Of a DNA stretch of 64,000 bases, positions 23,988 to 34,441 are shown piece by piece. Numbering within the stretch: position 1 is the stretch's first letter; the number at the start of each line of letters is the position of its first letter. The stretch covers positions 480,001-544,000 of the forward strand of contig JBGAHS010000006.1 in the NCBI GenBank assembly GCA_044226015.1. The letters are read 5' to 3'. The DNA is from Candidatus Obscuribacteraceae bacterium (GTDB taxonomy: Bacteria > Cyanobacteriota > Vampirovibrionia > Obscuribacterales > Obscuribacteraceae). The translations under genes and the position numbers were made by a program. The notes beneath the pieces are model-generated. The model did not search any database, was not told where the DNA came from, and saw only the letters and a program-made list of their open reading frames with translations.

Positions 23988-24188
23988 CTCTCAAAGTGAT
24001 ACCATATGCCCATATCAGGTTTTCACCTACGAACCAACCTTGCGCACCATATACGATACCGCTTTAATCGCTAGACTTTTTAGAATTCACTTCAATAGCT
24101 GCACAACAAGTAACAGACTCACAGCGCAACGAACCGCCAGCAAACCCTGCATCACAAGCAAAGGATTGATGGCTTTAGTCAGCGGATT

Positions 24189-25586
24189 CTAAATAATTGG
24201 TTCCTTGAACAGCATAGTTTCAGGATTGGTAGGACCAAGCGCCGCTTCTGCGACCTCGATTGATTTCTTGCGTGCAGATTCTGCGTCTGCGGTTTTCTTC
24301 TGGCGATGGTAGCACAAAGCCAATGCGCGCCAGCAATAAGCGGTGCAGATGTTTTTAGCAAATGAAGTGCCTTGGAGACTTTGAATCATATCTTTCAAGC
24401 TACTTTCAGCATCATCAAATTGCTTTCGCTCGATGAGAACTTTTGCCTGGAGACTCTGCAATCGAGCTATGATATTTACTTCTGCGGACAATGATTTTGC
24501 CGTCTCATAGAGCAATTGAAGCAGTGAATCTGCGAAGTGAACATCTCCAATCAACAAGGCAGACTCGATTGCCTGAATATGCTTGAACCATGTAATTTTG
24601 GAAACGGACACACTAGATGATGCGGGTGCTGATGAAAATGCTGACGATGCTTCTGCCTCTGATTCCTGACTTGTCCCCTTCTTTCCAGGCATAAGATTAG
24701 CAAAAAATCCAGCAACGCCTCCTTTGCTCTGTGGCTTCGCAGCAGCAACACTTTCGGATTTCACTGGGGGACTTGCGCTAACTGCTGCAGAGGGAGTCTC
24801 ACTGGTTGTTAGAGGCGCGGAGAAGCTCATTCCCTGCGGTGCGGACATGCTCATGCCGGCAGCACCTGAAGGTACAGCAGAGCCGATGGACGAATTTGAA
24901 GAAACACTAGCCGTAGCACTGCCGGTACCGGATGAAGAATTATTAGAATTCGAGGAAGACACCGTATTTGGTACCGCTCCTTTCGAGCTGGCGGGTGCTG
25001 TCGACATCACCACAGGAGCAGATGGCATCGCTGAGCTGTTTGTCGAACTTGAGAACATCGGCTGTGCTGCAGAGGCAGCTGGTTCCACCTTAGGAACAGT
25101 TGCTACTTTCTCTTCGGTTTTAGGAGCTTTCTTTGCCGCTTCCGCAGTGACGCAACTCGGACATATTTGCATCACCGGAATAGGGTCTGGCGTGAAAGGC
25201 ACCGTCTTCGGTGCAGGTTCTGGGGACGCGGACTTCTCTGCAGCGACAGATGAGCCATGTCCACCATGAGCAGACTTGCCATGAGAGCCGGCCGGCGGTG
25301 CTTGGATGGTTCCAGGCAAGCTCGCTACACCATTATTGGACAAACTCTGTCCAACGAAAGCAGATAGAGTTTTGCGCCGCTCGACCACAAGAGCGGGGTC
25401 ATCGGCATCATCCGAGCCTTTTTTAGCGGTGATTGGGTTTTTGCTTAGAAAATCTTTGAGTGCCGCACTTGCAGTTTTGGGATCAACAGTCTGAACAGAT
25501 TCATCTTTCCTTAGCTTCGTAGTGTCAACACCACTTTCCGCCAAGTTCTTTTTCAGTTGGCCCAGTATGGATTCTAATTGTGACAT
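24189..25586 (-). CDS. Hypothetical protein with long Ser/Ala/Pro low-complexity region and C-terminal TPR
   Basis: ORF with C-terminal TPR (LALCYHRQKK..AE, LGPTNPET); start probably MSQLES. Confidence 0.7.
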   Translation of the reverse strand: MSQLESILGQLKKNLAESGVDTTKLRKDESVQTVDPKTASAALKDFLSKNPITAKKGSDDADDPALVVERRKTLSAFVGQSLSNNGVASLPGTIQAPPAGSHGKSAHGGHGSSVAAEKSASPEPAPKTVPFTPDPIPVMQICPSCVTAEAAKKAPKTEEKVATVPKVEPAASAAQPMFSSSTNSSAMPSAPVVMSTAPASSKGAVPNTVSSSNSNNSSSGTGSATASVSSNSSIGSAVPSGAAGMSMSAPQGMSFSAPLTTSETPSAAVSASPPVKSESVAAAKPQSKGGVAGFFANLMPGKKGTSQESEAEASSAFSSAPASSSVSVSKITWFKHIQAIESALLIGDVHFADSLLQLLYETAKSLSAEVNIIARLQSLQAKVLIERKQFDDAESSLKDMIQSLQGTSFAKNICTAYCWRALALCYHRQKKTADAESARKKSIEVAEAALGPTNPETMLFKEPII

Positions 25587-25760
25587 TCTGCAAGCACACC
25601 CCCATGTAACCTGAGCAATATTCCAATTTCCCATCAGCTAATAACATTTTTCAGACACTTGCTAACATTAACTGAGTTTGGCGAAAGTCTCCTTGTGGAA
25701 GTTGGAACTATAGCAGCGTTCTTAGATGCCACTTTTCAACAGCCAAACAGGGATTTTTCG

Positions 25761-26876
25761 ATGACGTCCACACTAAACAAAGCTCCGTCCACCAAGAAAA
25801 TAGATGCATTCTTCCAATACATGTTTGCAAAGAGTGCTTCCGACTTACACCTTTCATCGGGGAAACCACCGATGGTGCGTGTACACGGCGAGCTAGAAAA
25901 TATCGAACAATTGCCTGCGCTACAACATGCAGATTTGCTTGAATTACTTCAGGAAATCGCCCCATCAGCTAAGTGGGATCAGTTTGCCAGAACAGGAGAC
26001 GTCGACTTCGGATACGAAATACCTGGTATGGCTCGTTTTCGCTGCAATTATTTCAATCAAAGAAGCGGTTGCGCAGCAGTCTTCAGGCAGATTCCCAGCA
26101 AAGTTCTAACAGCAGAAGACCTGGGTTTACCGAAAGTTTTGACTCAGGCTGCAATGCTCAAAAAGGGATTGGTACTTGTTACAGGACCAACTGGAAGCGG
26201 CAAGTCCACGACACTTGCAGCGATGATTGACCACGCTAACAAAAATAGAAAAGACCACATTATCACAGTCGAAGACCCGATCGAATTCGTGCATCAGAGT
26301 AGTGGTTGTATGGTAAACCACAGAGAAGTGGGTCTACACACCGAATCATTTTCCGCTGCATTGCGCGGTGCTCTTCGCGAAGACCCCGATATCATTCTAG
26401 TCGGTGAAATGAGAGACCTGGAGACAATCAGATTAGCTGTAGAAGCAGCTGCCACAGGGCACCTTGTGTTCGGAACTCTTCACACAACGAATGCACCGAA
26501 AACCGTTGACCGTGTAATTGAAGTTTTCCCACCAGAAGAGCAGAACCAGATTAGAAACACGCTCTCAACCAGCCTTCGCTGCGTGGTAGCGCAAAATCTT
26601 TTCAAGCGCGCTGACATAAAAGGACGCTGTGCGGCTCTGGAAATTTTGGTTTGTAACTCCGGCGTGGGTAACCTGATTCGCGAAGGAAAGACATTCCAAA
26701 TTCCATCACAAATGCAGTTAGGAAAGAAACAAGGGATGCAAACCCTCGATGATGCAATTCATGACTTACTCCAAAAGAAATGGATCAGTCCAGAAGAAGC
26801 CTTCGACAAGGCAATCGACAAAGCAAGATTCCAGCATTTGATCAAGATGTCTCCGGAAGATTCGATGTTCTTCTAA
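25761..26876 (+). CDS. pilT: Type IV pilus retraction ATPase PilT
   Basis: ASDLH, GPTGSGKSTT, EDPIE, LREDPD..LVGEMRD, GHLVFGTLHT, NLIRE, GMQTLD. Confidence 0.96.
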   Translation: MTSTLNKAPSTKKIDAFFQYMFAKSASDLHLSSGKPPMVRVHGELENIEQLPALQHADLLELLQEIAPSAKWDQFARTGDVDFGYEIPGMARFRCNYFNQRSGCAAVFRQIPSKVLTAEDLGLPKVLTQAAMLKKGLVLVTGPTGSGKSTTLAAMIDHANKNRKDHIITVEDPIEFVHQSSGCMVNHREVGLHTESFSAALRGALREDPDIILVGEMRDLETIRLAVEAAATGHLVFGTLHTTNAPKTVDRVIEVFPPEEQNQIRNTLSTSLRCVVAQNLFKRADIKGRCAALEILVCNSGVGNLIREGKTFQIPSQMQLGKKQGMQTLDDAIHDLLQKKWISPEEAFDKAIDKARFQHLIKMSPEDSMFF

Positions 26877-27014
26877 CTGCCAACTTGCAATATTGGGATA
26901 TTTGCTCAAACTTCTAAAAGGCATTCATCCCGGAAGCGCCCTTGCGTAATTTCCCGATAGCGCCGAGCACGCGCGCTTCGTAGAATCTTCTTGTCATTGA
27001 GGACAGAAGTAGCT

Positions 27015-27722
27015 ATGGCGTGGGAAAAAGAAGACCTTAAAACAGGAGATAGAGTGGCCCAGGCCGGCGTAGCGCTGGTGGAACAGGCTCTTTTTGCTGA
27101 CGGGAAGACTTTTCCTGATAAGGTCGAGGGAAACATCAAGCTTCCAGACAAAAACGGAAACGTCCAGCTGAATCTTCCCAACATTGAATTCGTAAACACG
27201 ATGCGTCAGCACGATAGCGATCCGCCAGCTGTTAACACAAAGGTTTATCAAGAAAACATCGACACAATTTCCGACAAGAATGGCAAGAAGATTCAAACCA
27301 TTGATGAGCAACGGCAGGGTTTTCTTGCCGATATAAATTCAACTAACCGATTTGAATGGTGCAAAACAATAGTTCGAAACGGCGAGGGCGCCTTACAATA
27401 CCAGACCCAAGGAACATGCAACGTAACGACAGTAAATGGCGTTTTCAAGGATGCCACCTTCAATGTCTTCGATAGTCAGGGCAAGCAATTACCTGTCCAG
27501 ATTCACTTAGTCGGACAAGCTACGGGTCCTGACTCATTAAAAGTAAGTGCCACCACTGTTTATGCAGACAAGGATGGCAGGCCAATTACCGATGTCACAT
27601 CAGGCAAACCAATGGTACTCGGCACTGTTGAAGCAACAATATCGGTGGATCCTGAGAATCCACAACAAGGCGCGAAAGTAAAGCTAAGCAGAGAAGGACG
27701 AACACTATCTTCTTTAAAATAG
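27015..27722 (+). CDS. Hypothetical protein
   Basis: ORF with RBS GAGGA; no recognised motif. Confidence 0.65.
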   Translation: MAWEKEDLKTGDRVAQAGVALVEQALFADGKTFPDKVEGNIKLPDKNGNVQLNLPNIEFVNTMRQHDSDPPAVNTKVYQENIDTISDKNGKKIQTIDEQRQGFLADINSTNRFEWCKTIVRNGEGALQYQTQGTCNVTTVNGVFKDATFNVFDSQGKQLPVQIHLVGQATGPDSLKVSATTVYADKDGRPITDVTSGKPMVLGTVEATISVDPENPQQGAKVKLSREGRTLSSLK

Positions 27723-27986
27723 TGTTTCGGCAAGAACACTGCAAGACAAAAGCCCTTAGCCAACGCATTATAGAATCCACTTCCGCGCAAATCAGAGATT
27801 TTAGGAAGAACCAAAGGCTAAGTCCTCGGCAACCATTTCTTGAATGTGCGATGACTAAAGTCAAAACAAACTGAAATTTTTCCAAGTTGAAACTTGCGAT
27901 GACAATTTTCGGAACCCGGGAAATAATCATCCGTCACTCATGTCTCAACCAAGTTGAATGTCATACGAAACATCGAGGTGATGAAC

Positions 27987-28406
27987 ATGAAGAGAGCCCT
28001 TTTATCTATGATCGTTTTGTTGAGTGCATGCACATTCGTTGCTGACACCACAATTCCAGTGCAAGCACAATCAACAATGGAAATTGCGCGTGGAAACTGC
28101 AAAGCAGCTTCTGACAAATGTCAACAAACATTGACCTATGCCACAAACAAGAAGGGAAAACTTGGTGCCGAAAATGTAACCGACGCGTTGAAAGACTGCA
28201 TTCAAGTTTGCAACGCAGCTGAAAAAATACTGGCACGCAACTCTCAGCTTGGTGGCAAGACTTCAGCACTTACAATTCAAGCTTGCACAGAAGTAGCAAA
28301 AGCATGTGACCAATTCCCCGGAGACGCTCAAATGCAAGGTTGCGCAAATGAAGTGCGCAAGTGCATCGGCAATCTGCAAAAATTAGACAAGAAATCTGAC
28401 GGCTAA
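27987..28406 (+). CDS. Secreted Cys-rich four-helix-bundle protein (DUF326/Csp copper-storage-like)
   Basis: Signal peptide; Cys spacing DCIQVC, ACTEVAKAC, GCANEVRKC. Confidence 0.65.
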   Translation: MKRALLSMIVLLSACTFVADTTIPVQAQSTMEIARGNCKAASDKCQQTLTYATNKKGKLGAENVTDALKDCIQVCNAAEKILARNSQLGGKTSALTIQACTEVAKACDQFPGDAQMQGCANEVRKCIGNLQKLDKKSDG

Positions 28407-28423
28407 TAACTTACAGCTATCGA

Positions 28424-28460
28424 AAGGGGTGCAGAGAATATCTGCATCCCTTCGTTTATT
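28424..28460. terminator. Intrinsic terminator between convergent genes
   Basis: aaggggtgcaga / tctgcatccctt stem followed by T-rich sequence. Confidence 0.75.
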
Positions 28461-28498
28461 TTGTATACGGATAACTTAGATTGGGGCACATTTAAATA

Positions 28499-29089
28499 CT
28501 ATTCGGCGAGATAGAACTTCTTCGTTACTGGGTCTTTACCCAAGTTTTCCCACTCATGAGCTGAGTGCAGATGCACCGGAATTGGTGCATTCAAACCAGG
28601 TATTTTCGGACCAATGTTCGGAAACAAAATAATCGGCGACATCTCTAATTGTGCATCAAGCTCTAACGTGTAAAGCAAACCAGGGTTAGTCTCGCCAGGC
28701 AGCCATGCCGCACTGATTTCAGCAGGCGCACTCGCACTAAACGAGTCCATCTTAGATCCACCCACCCTTCTGATGTTAATTTGCAAATCTAGAGCCCGAA
28801 TTTTGATGCCTCCCAAGTCTTGTAAGCGTGACTCAAGCGAAGGGTACGAACTCATTTTCTTAATTGCATCGGAAAACGTATCAGCCTGCGACAATCTCCT
28901 GTTCGCGTCATTCAAAACATCTTGAGCTAACATCCATCGGACAGGAATCACAACCAGATCTAGCAGAGGAATCAGCACCACCCCGACCAAGATTGCAAGA
29001 GCAGGTCCAAATTCTGCGAGTTGGGACCCTCGTTTTGATCGTTTAGCTCGTGGCAGTTGAAACATACGCAGTGATCGAACCAATGACAT
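28499..29089 (-). CDS. TadE-like pseudopilin
   Basis: Basic N-terminus, G/SQLAEF prepilin-peptidase motif, hydrophobic helix. Confidence 0.7.
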   Translation of the reverse strand: MSLVRSLRMFQLPRAKRSKRGSQLAEFGPALAILVGVVLIPLLDLVVIPVRWMLAQDVLNDANRRLSQADTFSDAIKKMSSYPSLESRLQDLGGIKIRALDLQINIRRVGGSKMDSFSASAPAEISAAWLPGETNPGLLYTLELDAQLEMSPIILFPNIGPKIPGLNAPIPVHLHSAHEWENLGKDPVTKKFYLAE

Positions 29090-29156
29090 TTAAGCAACTT
29101 TGAATGTCAAGAGTCTATAATTAGCCCTTTACATTTTGTGCAGGCGTTACATTAGC

Positions 29157-30041
29157 ATGAAGAGCCGCCGAAACGCGAGAGGAAACATGCTCTTCCTTGT
29201 GGCTATATCCGCAGGGTTGATCTTGGCTGTCGCCATGATGGGCTTCATGTTTAATCGATTTCTATCTCATCGAGCCCGCGCTCAGTCCGACCTCGATGCG
29301 CAAGCCGTTATTTGTGCAAGCGCAATCAACAAAGGAAATCGAGTCGGAAATTTGAATGAGATGGAGCAAGCGTCGCGCGAACTAGTCTTTGAGTCTCGAG
29401 AACAATGCGACAAATGCCAGGTTTCAGATTCCAGTTTCTTGTCTCCACTCACTTATCAACTTATGTTGGAAGCCAGAGAGGGACACAATCTTCTTGAGAA
29501 AGAAAGACAAAGAACCATCGAGACAATTTGCACAGAAATCAACCAATCAGCACAAAGTTTCAACGAAAAAAACCGGAATCGTTCCGCGGCTTTCTGCTGG
29601 CCAGAGGCTGCTGGGGCACGCATAGATTCGATTCAAGTGGGAACCATTGCGAACACTGACTCTAACATCAAAGATTTATCCGTCATCAAAGAACTCAGCG
29701 AAGCTGATGAAGAGAAGGGCTACATCAATTCCAGAAGCAGGCTGTACAGAGCGAACTTAAACGCAAAGTTACCAAATGAGGGCGACCTCGATTTCTTCAT
29801 TTCTAGCCTTCCAGCTAACATTGATGGCATCAGTGCGCCTCCTCGAAATGCAAATCCAGAATCGTTTTTGAGAAGCGAAGTAATTTTTTCTGATAATCAG
29901 GCAGGCAGCTGCACCCCAAGTCAGATACCAAATGCAGTGCAAATTCAAGGCAGCATTAAAACGAGCGCTTCAAATAAAGTGGCACGACTCGAGTTGCTGT
30001 CTACCGGTGTTACAGGTGGAGACAGCAATAAATCTCGATGA
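29157..30041 (+). CDS. TadG-like pilus-associated protein
   Basis: RRNARG/NML, hydrophobic helix, AQSDLDAQA. Confidence 0.55.
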   Translation: MKSRRNARGNMLFLVAISAGLILAVAMMGFMFNRFLSHRARAQSDLDAQAVICASAINKGNRVGNLNEMEQASRELVFESREQCDKCQVSDSSFLSPLTYQLMLEAREGHNLLEKERQRTIETICTEINQSAQSFNEKNRNRSAAFCWPEAAGARIDSIQVGTIANTDSNIKDLSVIKELSEADEEKGYINSRSRLYRANLNAKLPNEGDLDFFISSLPANIDGISAPPRNANPESFLRSEVIFSDNQAGSCTPSQIPNAVQIQGSIKTSASNKVARLELLSTGVTGGDSNKSR

Positions 30042-30520
30042 GCTCAGTGTCACATCGCAAAAGCAGAGGCAGTTCATTTATCGAACTGTGCACGGGCATT
30101 GCAATCATCGTTCCAGTTATACTTGTGCTTTTCGATTGCGCGATATTGATTATGGGAGTGGAAGCAAACGATACAAATTGCCGTATGGCTGCAAGAGCTG
30201 CAGCCGCAGGTTCTCCCGACGATGCGAAACTGCGCGCACAAACTATTATCTCAGTTAAAAATTCAGCACTAAGTATGGTGTCAAATTCCCTACTGGTAGA
30301 ACCGGTAGGAGTCGAAGTGCTGAGTCAGCCAGAAACAGAAAAGGATCTGGCTACGGAAACAGAGATTTGCCTCGGCGGCCCTGTAATTGGCACAACTACT
30401 GTGACTACCCAAGTACAGATCAGACCACTTCTCATCCACCGCCTTTATGGTGGACGAAGCCCTCTAACCTTCACAGCCACCCATTCCTTTCCGATCAGTT
30501 ACATAGTTCCATCTCACTGA
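30038..30520 (+). CDS. TadE-like pseudopilin
   Basis: RG/SSFIEL, hydrophobic helix, CRMAARAAA; 4-bp overlap with the upstream gene. Confidence 0.7.
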   Translation: MSSVSHRKSRGSSFIELCTGIAIIVPVILVLFDCAILIMGVEANDTNCRMAARAAAAGSPDDAKLRAQTIISVKNSALSMVSNSLLVEPVGVEVLSQPETEKDLATETEICLGGPVIGTTTVTTQVQIRPLLIHRLYGGRSPLTFTATHSFPISYIVPSH

Positions 30521-30572
30521 ATTACGAAAGAAAACGCTGCGTCCAAACAGGGAAGGTGTTAAGTCCTTACCG

Positions 30573-32102
30573 ATGCTCTATAATGAGCTTCCCTCACCTT
30601 CAGATGATATGCAGGAAACAGAAAACAAGATATCGAAAGGCTCAACTGCTGACTTTCCGCCAATTTCTGGCTTGGAACCTATCGAGTTGCTAGGTAGTGC
30701 AGGAATAGGAAATGTATACAAAGCAAAGCAGTCAAGCGGCGATCGGCATTTTGCAGTTCGTGTAATTTCTGCCGCAAAACTTGGAAATGATGGCGTTGAC
30801 AGGTTTCTGTCTAATGCAAAAAGTTGTGCTGGACTGAAGCATCCCAACCTTGTCAACATTCACGCAATTAACAAGACTAAGTCGGGAGACGTATTCATCG
30901 TTACTGACTATTTGGGCAATCGCACCCTAGCGTCGCTTCTAAGAGACACAAATAGTCAAGCAAAGCAAGACCTTAAAAAGACTCTCTGCGAAATGGTTGA
31001 AGGGGTAGATTACCTTCACAGGTGTGGAATTGTTCACCAACGACTGAACCCCAAGAACGTAATGATTGTTCAGTCAGGCAGTGGAGTGCTGGCGAAAATT
31101 GTTGATTATGAATTGGCAAAAAATCTTGGACAAGATATCAGCAAACCTGATTTCCTTCCATCCAACGCTGCATACATGAGTCCTGAGCAATGTCTCAATA
31201 GAGATGTTGACCAGCGTTCTGACATTTATTCGCTTGCATGCATCATCTACGAAAGTTTTTGTGGACAAGCTCCCTTTATCGGAGCGAACAGACAAGAGCT
31301 GATGTATAAGCAAATAAGCTCACCCGTGCCCAGTACGGCACTAATGCAGATGTTCGCAGGAGAGCAGCTTGCTGAACTATTGCATTTGACGCTTTCGAAA
31401 AACCCGGAAGACCGAATGAACAGCGCAAGCAGATTTAGAGACAGCCTTGAAAAGGCGCTTGTGGCTGTTCCCGAAAGCTTCGATAGAAAGAAATTTGAAA
31501 AGCAACTGAAAGCTGAAACCACATCAGCAAGTGCCAGTGGCGGAATGAAAAACAGCTCTCAAAGTGATAAGCCTGCAGCAAAGCAAGAACATGTGCCTCA
31601 GTCAGAAACAGCTACAACAACGGCATCGACTGGTACAGCTGGTCAAGGATCTTCCTCTCAGGAAAAGCCTTCACATAATAAAGCCTCAAGTGCCAGACAG
31701 AAGGCTGTTGAAGCAGACTCACATGATTCCGAAAAACGCAGTCCTGTAAAAGCAATTTTCATTGTTCTGGCGGTTGCTATTTTCCTTTTGCTTATTCTCA
31801 AAGACAGCATTTTGCCTTTCTTGAGCAAGCCAGAGAAGCCGGCTGCCAGCTCAACGGAGGGTAATGCTTCTTCTAGTGGCAGTTCCAGCACGACACAAGA
31901 AAACACTCCACCCGCAGGCAGCGCACCAGCTTCGCCTTCTGCCGAGAGCAATCCAGCTACAAGTGCATCCCCCGAGGGGACAGCTGGAACGAACACTTCG
32001 CCTGCGCTTGCACCAAGCCAAGCTCCAGCAAACACAAGTCCCACAGAAAGTAGCACCTCGTCGAGCGACTCATCAACGAATTCCTCGTCCGAATCAAGGT
32101 GA
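30573..32102 (+). CDS. Ser/Thr kinase-fold membrane protein, probable pseudokinase
   Basis: Kinase subdomains present (HPNLV, YMSPEQ, SDIYSL) but AVRV, HQRLNPKN and DYE replace the catalytic motifs; TM helix and Ser/Pro-rich tail. Confidence 0.85.
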   Translation: MLYNELPSPSDDMQETENKISKGSTADFPPISGLEPIELLGSAGIGNVYKAKQSSGDRHFAVRVISAAKLGNDGVDRFLSNAKSCAGLKHPNLVNIHAINKTKSGDVFIVTDYLGNRTLASLLRDTNSQAKQDLKKTLCEMVEGVDYLHRCGIVHQRLNPKNVMIVQSGSGVLAKIVDYELAKNLGQDISKPDFLPSNAAYMSPEQCLNRDVDQRSDIYSLACIIYESFCGQAPFIGANRQELMYKQISSPVPSTALMQMFAGEQLAELLHLTLSKNPEDRMNSASRFRDSLEKALVAVPESFDRKKFEKQLKAETTSASASGGMKNSSQSDKPAAKQEHVPQSETATTTASTGTAGQGSSSQEKPSHNKASSARQKAVEADSHDSEKRSPVKAIFIVLAVAIFLLLILKDSILPFLSKPEKPAASSTEGNASSSGSSSTTQENTPPAGSAPASPSAESNPATSASPEGTAGTNTSPALAPSQAPANTSPTESSTSSSDSSTNSSSESR

Positions 32103-32131
32103 TACCACATCTGGTTCACCGCTAATCACAG

Positions 32132-32794
32132 GTGGCACACGTGAATACATTGCGCAACGCTAAGTTTGCATGTTCTCTTTTGCTTTTACTCTCAATTCCT
32201 GCTGGAGCCAAAACCATGAGCAATGAAAATAGCGAGCAAAAGTCTTATCCTCCGGTAAATCATCAAATACCGCCAGAAATAAAGGAAGAGTTGAAACCAT
32301 CAGAGGTGAAAGTCTTTGGAACTGCACCTAATCTGGGCTGGAAGATTACAAAGGGATTCAACCCAAGAACAGCAATGCTGGTGCTGGGAAAAAATGACGA
32401 TTTGATAGCTGGACTTTATCGTTATGCAGAACTAAATCAGATTAAGGGAGCCTCTTTCACCGCACTTGGTGCACTGGGCGCAGCTGCACTTGCGTTTTTT
32501 GACAAAGAAAAAAGAGTCTATAAGCTGATTGCGGTTCCCAAACAAACTGAACTGGTCGCTTTCAGCGGCAACATAGGCAAGAAGGAAGGCAAATATGTCG
32601 TCCACGCTCATGGAGTGGTATCTCTCGAAGACGGTCAATGCATAGGCGGACATTTTCTCTACGCTTCTGTTTGGCCCACAGTTGAGGTGACCATACATGA
32701 AACTGAAGTTGCAGTTGAAAAAGAACTTGATGAAGAAACAGGATTGTCACTTTACTCCACGAAAGTGCTTAGCTGCCCAGGCCCCAGCAACTAA
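32132..32794 (+). CDS. PPC domain (DUF296) protein
   Basis: FTALGAL, ELVAFSGNI, VHAHG, GGH, TVEV motifs; start uncertain. Confidence 0.85.
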   Translation: MAHVNTLRNAKFACSLLLLLSIPAGAKTMSNENSEQKSYPPVNHQIPPEIKEELKPSEVKVFGTAPNLGWKITKGFNPRTAMLVLGKNDDLIAGLYRYAELNQIKGASFTALGALGAAALAFFDKEKRVYKLIAVPKQTELVAFSGNIGKKEGKYVVHAHGVVSLEDGQCIGGHFLYASVWPTVEVTIHETEVAVEKELDEETGLSLYSTKVLSCPGPSN

Positions 32795-32978
32795 TATTGA
32801 TCATAACTGGAGCCTCCTAAACTGCGTGGAAGATTCCCCTATTTTTTTTCAGGTTCAATATGTGATTTTGGATAATCTGGACTTCGGATCTGCTGGACTT
32901 CGAATCTGGCTGCGTCGGCTTCCAGCAGGCTTCGAAGCTCCAAGAGCGCCAGCATAATTCAGTTAATCTGGCGATCAT

Positions 32979-34259
32979 CTAACTGCGATGAGAGTGCCGC
33001 TGTAAGAACTCAACAAGTTGCTCTAGCCCTATGCGATTTCTCGGTTCCAACGCCATTTTGTTTGCGTTCAAATATTCTTTGACTTTCCGTTCGAATTCTT
33101 CCGCTTTAACAGGGTCGATATCTTCATCCAGTTCGAACTTATCTCGCAAGAAACTGAGTCCAAAGAAAATGTTTCTGGCTCCGAGCATATCACGACGTTT
33201 CATTTTTCCAGGAAGTTGAAAGATGCGAGTTATTGGCTCAAAATGCTTCGCAATCCAACTAACCTGTCTTTTCTCATCTTTACCTGGAGTCATTTTGCTT
33301 ATGATTTGCAATTCGGATGGGGTGAACGCATGCTCTTCGCCAAGCTCTAAATGCGATACCAAATTTGCAGTTGTATCAAATGAATTAGCAGTCTTTTGAA
33401 ATGGCGTCTCGCCTTTGAACCCCATCGCATTTCCGATCATATCTTCAAAAGCGTTGAATAGACTTTCGAAGTTGTTCAGCCTGAGCCCTTTTAGAATTCT
33501 CAAAGAACGAGCGTCAAGAACGCCCTGAAGAGCAAGCATTCGCTTGTCTTTCAAAAGTGACTCAAGAGGGTCGCTAATTGGCTTATCCTGTACTTTTGCA
33601 TCTTTTCCTTCAAAAGGATCTCGCGGTTTGACATGCTTTTTGACATGGTCAAGTAGATAACTAAGACCAGATGCTTCTTGTTGATTAAGCTGTCCCCTAT
33701 TCTTATCCAGATAGTCCTTCATCTGCTTCGGATCGAGGTCTCGCAGGTTTTCCAGGGTTGGTTGCTTATTAAATCCGAACTTCTCGTTAGCGACTTTAAG
33801 CCCATGAAAAACGTTTCGTCCAGCTTCGATGTCATCCTTCGAAATTTGGTCTTTGAAAAAACAAGATTGCGTGAAGGCATTGAAGTTTTCGATAAGCCAG
33901 GCAAGTACCATACGATTTTCTTCAGTGGTTTTCAAAAGAAGATATGCGAATTCTTCACGACTCAGCAAGCTATTTTTATCAGTATCAATCATGCTGAAAA
34001 GCCTGGCTGTGAGGTCGAGCGCAGCAGCCGCTCTTCCGAAACTCACATCTCCCTGGAATAGCGGCGCATCCATCATGAATTTCTCAAACGAACTCGACAG
34101 ATTGTTAAATGATTGAAAATCCATCGCTTCAAGGAAGCGCATTGCTTGCGTGTCCACAAGAGAATCTAATTTCTTAGGACGATCGACTCGCCTGATGTTC
34201 GTTTGCTCGATCATCAAATCTTCGGCATCAACTGCGTCTGGTTTCTTCGGGTCTGTCAT
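32979..34259 (-). CDS. Hypothetical protein with an EF-hand and an internal domain duplication
   Basis: DTDKNSLLSREE EF-hand loop; two homologous halves. Confidence 0.75.
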   Translation of the reverse strand: MTDPKKPDAVDAEDLMIEQTNIRRVDRPKKLDSLVDTQAMRFLEAMDFQSFNNLSSSFEKFMMDAPLFQGDVSFGRAAAALDLTARLFSMIDTDKNSLLSREEFAYLLLKTTEENRMVLAWLIENFNAFTQSCFFKDQISKDDIEAGRNVFHGLKVANEKFGFNKQPTLENLRDLDPKQMKDYLDKNRGQLNQQEASGLSYLLDHVKKHVKPRDPFEGKDAKVQDKPISDPLESLLKDKRMLALQGVLDARSLRILKGLRLNNFESLFNAFEDMIGNAMGFKGETPFQKTANSFDTTANLVSHLELGEEHAFTPSELQIISKMTPGKDEKRQVSWIAKHFEPITRIFQLPGKMKRRDMLGARNIFFGLSFLRDKFELDEDIDPVKAEEFERKVKEYLNANKMALEPRNRIGLEQLVEFLQRHSHRS

Positions 34260-34441
34260 TGTAAGCCTTGGCTAGAAAACGTTTAAGCTTACTATTTTAC
34301 TATGTATCAAGAGCCTGAATACACTCAAATTGCTTGAAACAAGGAGTTTGAAGGCTCAATAGTGATTCAAGGTTCCCCTTAGTCTGAATCGAGAATATTG
34401 GTTTACCATATAATTAGACTCAGGACTTCTTGGAACAAACT

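Noticed and set aside
32877..32908. Two tandem 16-mers ctggacttcgRatctg
   Set aside because: Only two copies between convergent genes; no functional support.
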